From an uncultured Methanoregulaceae archaeon (lineage in GTDB: Archaea > Halobacteriota > Methanomicrobia > Methanomicrobiales > Methanospirillaceae), in NCBI GenBank assembly GCA_963841015.1, contig CAWJAX010000005.1, forward strand, positions 416,001 through 480,000: 64,000 nucleotides of DNA, read 5' to 3'. Shown piece after piece: positions 1 to 10,528 of the stretch (position 1 is the first letter of the stretch; each line of letters begins with the position of its first letter). The notes beneath the pieces are model-generated. The model was not told where the DNA came from. It searched no databases and worked only from the letters and a program-made list of their open reading frames with translations. The position numbers were made by a program, and so were the translations under genes.

Positions 1-67
1 GGGCGTTGCAATGCATACATATTTTCACATTGAGTAACCGGGCTTCGGCTTCGGGGAATTTTGCCAT
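1..67 (-). CDS. rpl40e: 50S ribosomal protein L40e (5' part; truncated by window edge)
   Basis: Manual translation from ATG at 67: [22 protein letters not shown], the typical L40e N-terminus; not in the ORF track. Confidence 0.9.
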   Translation of the reverse strand, partial: MAKFPEAEARLLNVKICMHCNA

Positions 68-112
68 AGAAATACACTCCTGTCTGCCCTTATAACAAAG
101 CTGTAAGACATA

Positions 113-673
113 TTAACCATTTGCGTCACGTTTGACTAGTCTGAATTCTTGCGTGAACCAGTCCCTGAATGTTGTAAGAGCCAGTGCACGGTGAGAAATT
201 CTGCATTTCTCTGAAAGCGGGAGTTCTGCAAGTGTCCGTCCATCTACCTCAAAGATCGGGTCATACCCGAATCCACTGCTCCCACGGGGGGCTGCAACGA
301 TTCTGCCATGGATAGTTCCAGGAAAGTGACGGACGCCCTGTTCATCTGCGAATGCAATCACTGTCGTGAAATGAGCGTTACGATTCTTCACGTCCATCAT
401 AATTTTGAGAATACCTTCGTTACCAATCGAATGCAGCACATACGCAGCATACGGGCCGGGAAATCCATTCAGTGCATCGATAGAAAAGCTGGTATCATCG
501 ACGATGAGTGGGGTGTGGAGATGATCGAATGCATATTGTGCTTTCTGCCGCGAGATCTCAGATACATCGTCTGAACGGAGTTCGGGAATATCGAGCGGTA
601 CATGGCACACCTCGAGTAAACCCCCGAAAAATTCCGCTACCTCCCTTGCCTTATTGGTGTTGCTCGTAACCAT
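113..673 (-). CDS. rdgB: Non-canonical purine NTP pyrophosphatase (RdgB/HAM1 family)
   Basis: VTSNxxK, DDT, GFPGPY, GFGYDPIF and SHR motifs. Confidence 0.93.
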   Translation of the reverse strand: MVTSNTNKAREVAEFFGGLLEVCHVPLDIPELRSDDVSEISRQKAQYAFDHLHTPLIVDDTSFSIDALNGFPGPYAAYVLHSIGNEGILKIMMDVKNRNAHFTTVIAFADEQGVRHFPGTIHGRIVAAPRGSSGFGYDPIFEVDGRTLAELPLSEKCRISHRALALTTFRDWFTQEFRLVKRDANG

Positions 674-681
674 GGTGAGTT

Positions 682-2265
682 TTATAAATATCTCCCCCTC
701 AGTTCAATCTCATGTTCACGGGTTATGACGTCTGCAGCTTCAGCAAAAGTGTCTGCATATCCCGCCGCAAACGCAGTTTTTAGCACATCAGCACTTTCCG
801 GTGCTGTACTCTCCAGCGTCTGGAAAAGGACATGAATATCTACACCCCTCTGCTCGATCTCGGAATTTACCTGTGCAAGCCCAAAATCGATCAGTACGCA
901 GGCACCGTCGTCCTCACGCAGGATCATGTTGCTTGTCGTGAGATCACCGTGTATAATACATGATGTATGCAGCTTGCCGATCATTCGCCCTGCTTTGTAT
1001 GCTGCTGCTTCAGTAAGATTCTGTGTTAGTAATGTCCCCTTCACTTGCTCCATCAGTATGGTATCAGCTGTGATGTCGCTCATGATTGGTGTGGGAACAC
1101 CGCCTTTGCGTGCAGCAGCGATTAATCGTGCTTCTGCCCGGGTTCGCTCTGTAATGAGTCGGTTGTCAAGTGCAGGCGCGCGGTACAGTTTCGGAAGCCT
1201 GCGCTTCTCAGCTTTGCCATTCCGGAACGTAACTATGGCTTCCGCACCCCTTTTCCAGGTATTACGATCCGGAAAAACAACAGGTCTCTTATGAATAATC
1301 TCCTGTTGCCAGGTCACCTCTACATCATCTGAGCGAAATGAGGGCTTGATCTGTGAAGATTCAATGGGGAGTGACAATCCGCTCTCAAGCATCAGTTTTC
1401 CTGTGTAGGCGATCATCGCGCCATTATCTCCAAGGTATTTCTGTTCCGGGACGTAGAATTGTGCACCTCGGTCCTCACACATCAGCCGGAGCATTTCCTG
1501 CAACCGCCGGTTTGCTCCAACACCTCCAACAAGGAGCACCTCCTCTTTTCCGGCAAGTGACATGGCCCGTTCGGTCACTTCAACGCACATTGCGAAAGCA
1601 GTCTCCTGCAGGCTGTAGCACACATCGGGGAGTGTCTCCTTACAATCTTTCGCTGCTGATACAAGGCCGGAAAAAGCGAGATCCATTCCCTTGACCGTAT
1701 AAGGAAGGTTGATGTACTGGCCGAGTTTTGCCTGCGCCTCTATGATTGGACCTCCGGGATGAGGAAGATCCTTGGATCTGGCAAACTTATCGAGAGCATT
1801 GCCAATACCTATATCGAGGGTCTCACCAAAAATCCGGTATCGGCCGTTCAGGAACCCGATCACCTGGGTGTTCGCTCCGCTTGCATAGAGGACAATCGGG
1901 TCATTACAACCGGTGGCAAAACGCCCAATTTCTATATGAGCGATGCAATGGTTGACACCAACAAGGGGGACGCCGAGTGCCAGCGCAAGCGACCGGGCTG
2001 CTGTTGCAACTGTCCGCAGGCAGGGTCCAAGCCCGGGGCCCTGGGAGAATGCTATTCCGGTAATCTTTTCAGGTTCCTGAAGGACTACGGAGATGAGTTC
2101 CTTCATCACTGATGCATGGTGCTGCGCCGCCTCACGCGGGTGGATACCCCCCTGAGCCGGGCTGTACGGTCGCGAAACAAGTGAAATGAGATCCTCGTCA
2201 AAAAGAGCGGCACTGAGGTTCCATGCTGTTCCCTCAATTCCAAGTATCTGCCCAAAAACAGGCAT
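682..2265 (-). CDS. kae1: Bifunctional Kae1 (t6A synthase)-Bud32 kinase fusion, KEOPS complex
   Basis: GIEGTAW, HCIAH, SGANTQ, DNGAMIA in the N-terminal part; GAEA, HGDLTTSN, IDFGL kinase motifs in the C-terminal part. Confidence 0.96.
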   Translation of the reverse strand: MPVFGQILGIEGTAWNLSAALFDEDLISLVSRPYSPAQGGIHPREAAQHHASVMKELISVVLQEPEKITGIAFSQGPGLGPCLRTVATAARSLALALGVPLVGVNHCIAHIEIGRFATGCNDPIVLYASGANTQVIGFLNGRYRIFGETLDIGIGNALDKFARSKDLPHPGGPIIEAQAKLGQYINLPYTVKGMDLAFSGLVSAAKDCKETLPDVCYSLQETAFAMCVEVTERAMSLAGKEEVLLVGGVGANRRLQEMLRLMCEDRGAQFYVPEQKYLGDNGAMIAYTGKLMLESGLSLPIESSQIKPSFRSDDVEVTWQQEIIHKRPVVFPDRNTWKRGAEAIVTFRNGKAEKRRLPKLYRAPALDNRLITERTRAEARLIAAARKGGVPTPIMSDITADTILMEQVKGTLLTQNLTEAAAYKAGRMIGKLHTSCIIHGDLTTSNMILREDDGACVLIDFGLAQVNSEIEQRGVDIHVLFQTLESTAPESADVLKTAFAAGYADTFAEAADVITREHEIELRGRYL

Positions 2266-2271
2266 TGGATC

Positions 2272-2457
2272 TTATTTTCTGAATTCAGTATATCCGCACT
2301 TGCCGCATGTGGTCCGGTCCTTATGGTCCGCCATCATGATACCCGGTCCGCAGCGGGGGCAGTATTTCTTGGTTGTAGTAACCTTAGCACCCTCAACCTT
2401 GAAGTACGAACCCCTCTTTTGCCCCTTAGCTGCGGCTGCTTTTTTTGCTGCTGCCAT
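2272..2457 (-). CDS. rps27ae: 30S ribosomal protein S27ae
   Basis: CPRCGPG...[15 protein letters not shown] zinc ribbon. Confidence 0.95.
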   Translation of the reverse strand: MAAAKKAAAAKGQKRGSYFKVEGAKVTTTKKYCPRCGPGIMMADHKDRTTCGKCGYTEFRK

Positions 2458-2459
2458 TG

Positions 2460-2759
2460 TTACGTAGCCCCCTCTTCCTTGGGTTTTGGCATTCCGCGCG
2501 CTGCAAGGTGTGGGCGTTCGGTCTTGTTCCTGCCCTCTTCACTATCATAAATACGTGCTGAACCGGTTATTTCTGTCTTACCGAAGCTGCTGTTGAGGGT
2601 GTCAAGGGTTATCTGATTCTCTTTTACATTAAGCAGGGCACACAGTTTGCCGATAATCTGCATACGGGAGGGGGTCGCACCATCGTATTTGAGGTCAAAC
2701 TGAACCTCTCTTCTGGATAAAAGCTCATTTCTTTTATCGCCGGTGATCTCAAAGTCCAT
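2460..2759 (-). CDS. rps24e: 30S ribosomal protein S24e
   Basis: [22 protein letters not shown] motifs; operon context. Confidence 0.95.
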   Translation of the reverse strand: MDFEITGDKRNELLSRREVQFDLKYDGATPSRMQIIGKLCALLNVKENQITLDTLNSSFGKTEITGSARIYDSEEGRNKTERPHLAARGMPKPKEEGAT

Positions 2760-2878
2760 CGATATCCTGTAATTATTGGAAACCGGGTTATTTATAATAT
2801 GAGCCTCACATTGATTCCGGCACTAATTGCAGAAACAAAAAACAGTATGCAGGTTATTTCATGGATACAAAGGGAAAT

Positions 2879-3370
2879 TCATACATCCGTGTGGATAAAA
2901 TGTGTCAGAAACTGGCGTGCGGTTTCTTTTGCCTCAAAGTTTACTCTGCGGATTACGACACCCTGATGTGGCTGTCCATATAACACGATAGCGCCATCTG
3001 GAGCAGCGATAACAAGCGGGATTACCGCGAGATCTTCTTCCCCATCAACAATGACCGTCGCTGGTGGATGCATAATTGCGTTATCGAGCGCGCGAATCAG
3101 CTCATTGGTTAATGTGCCTGCAGGATTTTTCACCCTGATACATTTTCCCTGAATTACCGGCAACTTTTTACATGGTAAGCGCATGGTATACCCGTCAACG
3201 ACGGCAATTGCAGGTGTAATCCCCCTCTTCTGGAGGTTGTGAGTAACTACATCCCCGACTGCATATACGGGGCTGTCTGCAATTAAGGGGATAATCTCAT
3301 CAATATTCCGGTGCAGCTCCCCGAAAGGTTCCTGGAAAAGCTTCCGGTACTCTTCAGGAAGTGTGAGCAT
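2879..3370 (-). CDS. GTP-dependent dephospho-CoA kinase (DUF359)
   Basis: VGDVVT, VVDG, NPAG, GEEDL, YGQP motifs; conserved position next to spt4. Confidence 0.88.
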   Translation of the reverse strand: MLTLPEEYRKLFQEPFGELHRNIDEIIPLIADSPVYAVGDVVTHNLQKRGITPAIAVVDGYTMRLPCKKLPVIQGKCIRVKNPAGTLTNELIRALDNAIMHPPATVIVDGEEDLAVIPLVIAAPDGAIVLYGQPHQGVVIRRVNFEAKETARQFLTHFIHTDV

Positions 3371-3576
3371 CAGCGAACCTTCAGCGCATAGCGACCTGGA
3401 AGTTTGATGTTCATCCGTTTCGCAACATCGGAATTTTCCGGATCGATAATGACAAGGTAGCCGGACCAGTCTTCACTCAGATTTGTTGTGCCGCAGATTA
3501 CGCAGTTCTCGCCATCAACGACACGATGACAGTCACGGCACACCTTTCCCTGCTTTTTCTTATTCGCCGGAGGCAT
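3370..3576 (-). CDS. spt4: Transcription elongation factor Spt4 (RpoE'')
   Basis: CRDCH..CVICG, W.G...I.DPE.S, PGRYALKVR. Confidence 0.93.
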   Translation of the reverse strand: MPPANKKKQGKVCRDCHRVVDGENCVICGTTNLSEDWSGYLVIIDPENSDVAKRMNIKLPGRYALKVR

Positions 3577-4201
3577 GCTCCTTCCTCTTGCCTTTGCCCT
3601 TCTCCTTTACCGCCTCTTTTGATGCTGGAGAGGATTTCTGGTCTTTCTCTTTCTCCTTATTCATTTCTTCTTCAAGCCAGAGTGCCGTGCCCAGACCTGC
3701 CTGTCGCATCGTGAGTCCGATCTTGCTGTCACGTGGCTCCCGCTCATTGAGGGAGAGCGTCACAACACGGACACGGACTACATCGCCTACGCCTATGAAT
3801 CTTTTGGACTCCTGGCAGATAAGACGGGCATTTTTCTCATCGTAATTGATGTATTCATCCGAGATCTGGCTTACGTGCAGCATCGCATCGATAGGACCGA
3901 GACTGACAAAAGCCCCGAAACTTGTTGTTTCGACAACCAGTCCCTCAATGACTTCCTGCAGCGCAAGACGGAGCACGAGCGCTTCAAACTTTACATCATA
4001 ATAGACGCCCCCGTCACCTGGTACGAGTTCACCCTCCCCGACATCATGAACTTTGGTTACACAGATGAAAATTCCGATCTCTTTATCAATACTGCCTTCA
4101 AGCTGCTCCTGCAGAACCTCAAGAATCACTTTTTCAAGTTTCTCACCCAGTCGCTGGGGGGGTACCCTCACTTTGTCCTCAAGCATCAACTTATGATACA
4201 T
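3560..4201 (-). CDS. rpoE: DNA-directed RNA polymerase subunit E' (Rpo7)
   Basis: VRVPP, GDGGVYY, S1 domain (FGAFVSLGPIDAMLHVSQI), KIGLTMRQ.GLG. Confidence 0.95.
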   Translation of the reverse strand: MYHKLMLEDKVRVPPQRLGEKLEKVILEVLQEQLEGSIDKEIGIFICVTKVHDVGEGELVPGDGGVYYDVKFEALVLRLALQEVIEGLVVETTSFGAFVSLGPIDAMLHVSQISDEYINYDEKNARLICQESKRFIGVGDVVRVRVVTLSLNEREPRDSKIGLTMRQAGLGTALWLEEEMNKEKEKDQKSSPASKEAVKEKGKGKRKEHASGE

Positions 4202-4204
4202 ATT

Positions 4205-4588
4205 TTACCTCCGCAATATCTCCAGTTTTTTCTGATTTCTCATTGATATCACGCTGATACCGCGTGTTAACAGCGCATTCCTGATACGCCGGTCATTGGT
4301 AACCACAATGCATGCATTCCGAGCTGCGTATTCAATCAGCTGCGCATCGATAGATCCCGATTCTAATTCCCCGCTTTCCACGATAGTACATTTCTCACCA
4401 AGCACAAGACCGTGCCGGGCAGCGGCACCATCACGCCCTTTTGCCCGTGAGAGCCCGGTAAGCTCCCCAATTACCGTGGTTAGCACGACCGGTTCAAATG
4501 CTCCAAGGAGCATACGAAGTTCATCGAAGAGATCGATCTGGAATTGCACTGGCATCATGAGTGCATTGGCATCCAGAAGGATCTTCAC
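4205..4588 (-). CDS. PIN-domain protein (Fcf1/Utp24-like)
   Basis: ILLDANAL ... VVTND acidic PIN motifs; likely GTG start at 4588 overlapping the aIF2g stop. Confidence 0.82.
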   Translation of the reverse strand: MKILLDANALMMPVQFQIDLFDELRMLLGAFEPVVLTTVIGELTGLSRAKGRDGAAARHGLVLGEKCTIVESGELESGSIDAQLIEYAARNACIVVTNDRRIRNALLTRGISVISMRNQKKLEILRR

Positions 4589-5820
4589 TCGCTCAGGACT
4601 CCCATCCCGATTAGCCGCCAGCGTGCTCCCACCTGCCGGCTGATAGCTATCCTTGAACCCAGTTCTGCACATACAGGTCGCTTCAGCTGAATTTCAATGG
4701 TGTCTTTTTTCGTATTGCTGACTACGCCAACGGTAACGGCGGTTCCTACTGAAAGCATCAGCGGTTCACTGTGTTTTAACGGTTCAATGACCAGCTCGCT
4801 TGTAGCACCCACAACCCGCTCCATGAGCGTGACCCGGCACCGGATTTTGTCCCATACCGGAGGCAGTTTACCTTCGTGGCCTAGTACCTGACCTGCAAGC
4901 GTGTCACTTTTCGTCAGAGCCGGGTCGAGTCTGGTTCCCACTCCAAGCAGTCCGCCGGGAGTAGCCTCAGCGACCTTGTTAGAACCAGCATTGATCGATG
5001 TGACTTTTGTGGTGATAGGAATCCATTTTATCCTGTTTTCTGTCTGTGTCTGTCTGCCGGGCCGGATCTCGATATCATCACCTTCGCGGAGGATGCCCCG
5101 GATAAGAGATCCCCCAACGACGCCACCTTTCACATCCTTCCAGTTACAGCCAGGTTTGTTAACATCAAACGAGCGGGCGATAAGCATAACAGGTTCGGCA
5201 TTAGGATCACGCACGGGTTCAGGAATTGTCTGATCAAGTGCCTGAACAAGAGCACCAATATTGATTCCTTTCTGCGAAGAAACCGGAATGATTGGTGAGT
5301 TCTCAGCGATCGTTCCTTTAATGAATTTTTTTATCTCATGATAATTGTCGATCGCTTCTTTCTGGCTGACCACATCAATTTTACTCTGGACAATGACGAT
5401 ATTTTTTATCCCAACCAGCTCCAGCGCCATCAGGTGCTCTTTGGTCTGCGGCTGCGGGCACCTCTCACTTGCAGCAATGACCAGCATTGCTCCGTCCATT
5501 AATGCTGAACCGGACAACATCGTAGCCATGAGCGTCTCATGACCCGGTGCATCGACGAAGGAAATTGAACGAAATGGGGTTCCCTTTCCGCCACACACCG
5601 GACAATCGGAACTGGTCGAAAAGGCGTTTGTACCTTCGCACTTTTCGCACCGGTAAAAGGTAGCGTCAGCATATCCCAGACGGATAGAGATGCCGCGTTT
5701 CACCTCTTCACTGTGTCTGTCTGTCCATGTCCCGGTGAGTGCATTAACGAGTGTCGTTTTGCCATGATCGACATGACCTACCACTCCTATATTGACACTG
5801 GGAACTTTTACATCATGCAA
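4585..5820 (-). CDS. eif2g: Translation initiation factor 2 subunit gamma
   Basis: GHVDHGKT, RGISIRLGY, zinc knuckle, DAPGHE, QTKEHL, WRLIG. Confidence 0.97.
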   Translation of the reverse strand: MHDVKVPSVNIGVVGHVDHGKTTLVNALTGTWTDRHSEEVKRGISIRLGYADATFYRCEKCEGTNAFSTSSDCPVCGGKGTPFRSISFVDAPGHETLMATMLSGSALMDGAMLVIAASERCPQPQTKEHLMALELVGIKNIVIVQSKIDVVSQKEAIDNYHEIKKFIKGTIAENSPIIPVSSQKGINIGALVQALDQTIPEPVRDPNAEPVMLIARSFDVNKPGCNWKDVKGGVVGGSLIRGILREGDDIEIRPGRQTQTENRIKWIPITTKVTSINAGSNKVAEATPGGLLGVGTRLDPALTKSDTLAGQVLGHEGKLPPVWDKIRCRVTLMERVVGATSELVIEPLKHSEPLMLSVGTAVTVGVVSNTKKDTIEIQLKRPVCAELGSRIAISRQVGARWRLIGMGVLSE

Positions 5821-6216
5821 ATGAAATCGAACCTCCTTACTCTCAAAGAAATTTAGAACACCAACACCGTATCTTGAATTAATCCCATTCTTGATTTATG
5901 CACCCGGATATTCTACGAGACATCGATCAGAAAGTCCATGCTGGTTTGATAACACTTATGGACGCGAAAATATTAAATAAGTATCTCGCTGATCGGCAGA
6001 TATCAAAGTTTTATGACTTACCGGGAAACGACGGAATGACCTGAAAAACAATATTTTTTTTGGCATTACAATCCATATTTTTTAGAGTATAAGAACTTGG
6101 ATATGCATTTTTCTGTCATCCCGTTTGCATTATTTTTAGGTCCGAGGGCAGAACTGAACGGTTTGATTGAAATAATGGATTGAACCAGTAAGCCCAACCA
6201 GGATTGAGCGGGAGAA

Positions 6217-6510
6217 TTAACCTCCTCCCTCGCAGCTCTGATCGGTTGCTTTCCACGCGTCCTGCAGATCGCGCCCTGATGCAAACTCTTTCTCTCTTTC
6301 AATTACTTTTTTTGCGTCTTCAATGATTGCCTTCGCTGATTTATCCGGGCCGGTTGCCGGAATCAGATTATCGACTCTGTACAGGAGATTTGTACTGTCC
6401 AGTTCGGCAAACACCTCTCCCCGCACCTCCTCGATACGAAGGATGGTCCCGGTTGTTCCGGTTCGTGGATACCGCACCCGCATGCCGAGAGTAAGTTCTT
6501 CTGCTAACAT
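6217..6510 (-). CDS. Conserved methanogen hypothetical protein (DUF2098-like)
   Basis: VRYPRTGT.G, LDST.L.Y and C-terminal CEGGG pattern. Confidence 0.6.
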   Translation of the reverse strand: MLAEELTLGMRVRYPRTGTTGTILRIEEVRGEVFAELDSTNLLYRVDNLIPATGPDKSAKAIIEDAKKVIEREKEFASGRDLQDAWKATDQSCEGGG

Positions 6511-6565
6511 AATGGAGAATGATGTATATGCTTGTATAAAGGTGTTTTTCCGCTACATTCAAAAA

Positions 6566-7541
6566 TTACATTCTTATCTTTCTAAGTACTGCCACCATAT
6601 CACGGGTTGTACGACGGGGCTCACTCTCACATGATGGAACCGGCGATCCATAAAGAGAAGAAAAAATCTGGTTGATGGCATCGCCATGTGAAGGTCCATA
6701 CCCCCCTTCGAGCACAAGTGCCAACGGATGATCGGTTGCATCCCTTAAAAGCGCGGTAAGAGTGCCAAAATCCGCTGGAAATAACAGCATACCGCTTTTT
6801 GGATCATCAAAAAGAGGATCCTGCCCTGCGGATACGATTATAACCTCTGGTTTGAACTGCTGGAGAGCGGGGATAAACACCTCTTCAAAAACGAGCCGGT
6901 AATCGGCAATGGTTGATCCAGCCCTCATAGGTGCATTTATGGTGAATCCCTTGCCCAACCCTGTTCCAATTTCATCTACCCAACCGGTGTGGGGAAAGAT
7001 GTTTCCCTGATGGATGGAACAGAAGAGCACGCGATCAGATGCTGAAAAAATTTTCTGAGTGCCATTCCCATGGTGGAGATCCCAGTCTATGATCGCGACT
7101 TTGTCCAGTCGATCCAGTGCAGCAGTGGCAGACTATCGCTACATTGTTAAAAATACAAAAGCCCATTGCCCGGTCAGATTCAGCGTGGTGTCCGGGAGGG
7201 CGAACAATAGCGAAACAGGATTCACCATCAATCGCACGATTCACTGCCTCGATTGCAGATCCCGCTGCACAGGAAGCCACATCGAACGTCTCACGAGTGA
7301 CGTAGGTTATATGATCAATGAAGTGTTGTCCCCCATGCGAAGAAAATTCCCGAATCATGCGGATGTGCGCAGGTGTATGGACTCTGAGCAGGTCTCTCTC
7401 AGTGGCGTAACACGGTGCAATAACTGGTACTTCTTTGGGTATTCCGTCGAGTGCTGCAAGCAACCGGGCACTGCTCTCATCATGGTTCTCCAGATCGTGA
7501 TGAGAGAAAACATCACCGTAAATTGCAGAACATCGTACCAT
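6566..7541 (-). pseudogene. Histone deacetylase/AcuC-family protein split by a 1-bp insertion near 7132
   Basis: Upstream ORF has RPPGHHA..GFC.FNN; the shifted frame continues IIDWDLHHGNGTQ into SAGQD and LEGGY of ORF 6566-7030. May be an assembly error. Confidence 0.8.
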
Positions 7542-7624
7542 AACAGTGTTATCCGTATATTATTTTCCTGCCTTCAAAAGGTTTGGTCTCGTCAAATAAA
7601 TAAGGAGAGAAAGAAGCAAATGAA

Positions 7625-10216
7625 TTATTGGATTACTGCACCCTTCATTACGGCGGTTTCAGGCACGTCATATTCCCGTCCCGACGTGATTACTCGGTAT
7701 TTTCCGGTTGTCTTCACTTCATAGGGATTACCGGTTGTTGAATAGGGTACGATAAATTCACCGTTAACGCTCATCTGCCGGTACGTAAAATTTCTGCCGG
7801 TATTGCTGACAAGCGGAACCTCGATGATACCCTCTCCTTTAATATGCGCCCCTTTCACATACTCAAAAACCTTGACGTATTTGAGATCGTTGGTCTTTGA
7901 ATTGAACACATTGCTGGGAGATTCGTGCACCAGCCGGTAATGCCTGAGGGCTGGAACGGTTTCGATTGGCAGTATAATTGCAGGGCTCAAGGCCGCGGCA
8001 TGGTAGCCCGCAGGTGCCTGAAGGTTATATTCAGCTGCACGACTGACTGCCTCACTGGCATTCATTGCTTCTGCTCCGGTGATTACCGGAAGCGAGACCC
8101 GGGAAATGGTCGGGTCGGCGTACTCGATATAATAAGCACTTGATGGTGTTGTCAGGGATCCGTCAAAGTTATGAAGTCGCGAGATCATGGTAAGGTAATA
8201 CTGCTGTGTATTGAGAAGCACGGACTCGTAACTGTTGGGATTGTTCTGTTCAGAAGTAAGCAGGGTCATCTGGTAGGGACTGGCGGCAGCCGATGCATTA
8301 TACCAGGTTGCCATCGCCCAGAATTTTCCGGTATCCATTTCGATATCGGTAATAACATACCGGGTTTTTGCTCGATCAAGCACCTGATTTCCCTCGTCTT
8401 CTGATATGGACATGAAGTAATTTGCAGATCCTGTTGGGCCGACAACTCCTGCCTGGAACGGATTTGCATTTGGAATCCTCTTTGCAATATATGTGATCAT
8501 ATGTCCGTAATCCCACCAGGACATGACCCCATATGCTTCTTGAGGATACTTAAACGTTTCAGGATTGTAAATAGTGAAGTAATTTACACCGGTATCCGGA
8601 GTATTATTTGCCATCCAATCGAGAGATTCCCTCCAGTCAGGATTCATCCGTATGGCATCGCTCGATGCGTTTGAATAGCTGAGTGAAGCAGAGGTGTAAG
8701 CAAACAGAATACCGAGTCCAACGGTAAGAATAACCAACGCAATGGCAAGATAATCCGGTTGAGAGGATCCAGATCCTTTCTTCTGGAGTTTTTTCTGTTT
8801 TTTACTTCGGGGGGACTCCTCTTTTTCCTTGTTGACTTCCGGCGTTTCAGTATCTGATGATATCGATGTTGCCAAACGGCGAATATCCGGCCATCCTCGT
8901 TCAAAAGTAAAACTGATACAAACTGCAGAAAGCAGGGCTACATTTACTGCAAGATAATACTCATACCGGACATGCTGCCATGTTGAAACCAGCATGATAA
9001 GTGACCACACCAGTGCAAAGATCTGGTGAGGGTGCTCATCTTTAACGTTTTTATAGAGCATGACCAGAGCTCCCCCGACCATCAATAAGAGACCATAGTT
9101 AAATGTCATCCATGCAAGAGCTGCTGTCCAGCCACGGGCTTCTTGTACCGTGTTGGTAACTGCAGCTTGCCCAAAAAAAGCGAAGAATGAATTGATAAAC
9201 ATGTCATATATTGGAGGCGCAACGAAATATAGCAGAAATGAAAAAGCAATCCCGGTCCCGATCAGAATCAGAGGATAGTAATACCAGACTTTTTCTTTAA
9301 CGAAGTGTGCAACCCCATAGAGGAAAACCGTTCCGCCAATTAGTGCCAAATAGGCGTACAGATGCCCTATTGAATAAAAGATAAGACTAACCCCGGAACT
9401 TTTAAATCCGTATGCCAGAAGTCCGATAATGGCAATAGCAAAAATTATGATATTAATAACCAGCAGGTATTCACTTGTCCTGCCTCTATAAACATCAATG
9501 ACAAACTGGATAATAGTGAATATGCCGACGATCATTGCAAAGATGATCATTGTCGGCATAACAAACAGGCCAAGGAGGTAAGCGATGCCGCAAAGACCTG
9601 CTAATAAAAGGGTTGTTTTATAAGTACTGATATTTTTCAGCTCGATTTTGGTCTCTTTTTCTGAATAGATCGCGTACATATAGAGCAGGCAGAAAATGGT
9701 AGAAAAAAGAACCTCTGCAATATGGTGATCCATATATCCATAGAATGACCGGTAAAAAAACTGGCCGGATACTACTGCGGTAAAACCTGACGCGAGAAGG
9801 CCTGTTTTCCAGTCACCGCAGATTTTTCCGACAAAGTACATAATCGCTACGATCACCATTCCCATTATCGGTGGAATTAAAAGCCCTGTGCTGATGATCT
9901 CGGGTCGCGTTGTCGCACCAGTAATAATGCAAAATACTGCAATAATCGTAGGGAACAGGGGGCCCCAGGGAACAGGCTGTCCTGTGGGAAATAAGGTCAT
10001 GGGCTCAAACCATGCATAATTCGGGAAGTTTACCAGTATCTGTTCAACCTGGCGCAGGTTATACAGTGGGTCATCGCTTGCCACCATCATCAGGACATCT
10101 GTATTGCCCGTATTGAGCATGGGAAGCAGACGAAGCCAAAGGGCAAAAATCGAAAATAATGCGACAAGGCCGATAATTATCTGGGTTCGGCGGTTTTTAA
10201 GATCAACAAATTCCAT
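7625..10216 (-). CDS. aglB: Oligosaccharyltransferase AglB (STT3 family)
   Basis: Multi-TM N-terminus, DDPLY, DHH, TVQE, WWDYG motif. Confidence 0.96.
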   Translation of the reverse strand: MEFVDLKNRRTQIIIGLVALFSIFALWLRLLPMLNTGNTDVLMMVASDDPLYNLRQVEQILVNFPNYAWFEPMTLFPTGQPVPWGPLFPTIIAVFCIITGATTRPEIISTGLLIPPIMGMVIVAIMYFVGKICGDWKTGLLASGFTAVVSGQFFYRSFYGYMDHHIAEVLFSTIFCLLYMYAIYSEKETKIELKNISTYKTTLLLAGLCGIAYLLGLFVMPTMIIFAMIVGIFTIIQFVIDVYRGRTSEYLLVINIIIFAIAIIGLLAYGFKSSGVSLIFYSIGHLYAYLALIGGTVFLYGVAHFVKEKVWYYYPLILIGTGIAFSFLLYFVAPPIYDMFINSFFAFFGQAAVTNTVQEARGWTAALAWMTFNYGLLLMVGGALVMLYKNVKDEHPHQIFALVWSLIMLVSTWQHVRYEYYLAVNVALLSAVCISFTFERGWPDIRRLATSISSDTETPEVNKEKEESPRSKKQKKLQKKGSGSSQPDYLAIALVILTVGLGILFAYTSASLSYSNASSDAIRMNPDWRESLDWMANNTPDTGVNYFTIYNPETFKYPQEAYGVMSWWDYGHMITYIAKRIPNANPFQAGVVGPTGSANYFMSISEDEGNQVLDRAKTRYVITDIEMDTGKFWAMATWYNASAAASPYQMTLLTSEQNNPNSYESVLLNTQQYYLTMISRLHNFDGSLTTPSSAYYIEYADPTISRVSLPVITGAEAMNASEAVSRAAEYNLQAPAGYHAAALSPAIILPIETVPALRHYRLVHESPSNVFNSKTNDLKYVKVFEYVKGAHIKGEGIIEVPLVSNTGRNFTYRQMSVNGEFIVPYSTTGNPYEVKTTGKYRVITSGREYDVPETAVMKGAVIQ

Positions 10217-10528
10217 GAAATCAACCTTTCTTGGGTATTTGTTTTTAAGTTGAGACCATTAATAAATTTGGTTGAAATCATCAGGTAAAACTCACGAATA
10301 TCTCATCAAAGTGCCGAAATGTCTTGTACCTGTTTTTTTTGGATTAATTGAAAAAAATGAGTCCGGTCATTCATCAAGTAGCATTTTATCCCTTTTTACC
10401 AAGTTGTTCGGTTCATGAAAAGTGGAAGTATTTTTGTCTTCAAGAAGGCTACAAATTAAAATACCCCACTTAGCTTGGTTGTCGCAGGTCACCACCAATA
10501 AATCTGGATTGCAGGCACCAGATTCCTG

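Noticed and set aside
4205-4588. PIN protein as a VapC toxin
   Set aside because: No antitoxin; sits in the conserved aIF2g-rpoE operon
6066-6216. Possible C/D-box sRNA downstream of the DUF2098-like gene
   Set aside because: No convincing C box paired with a terminal D box
7120-7145. Programmed frameshifting at the HDAC break (also considered for cyclophilin and frhA)
   Set aside because: No slippery heptamer or long homopolymer at any of the break points
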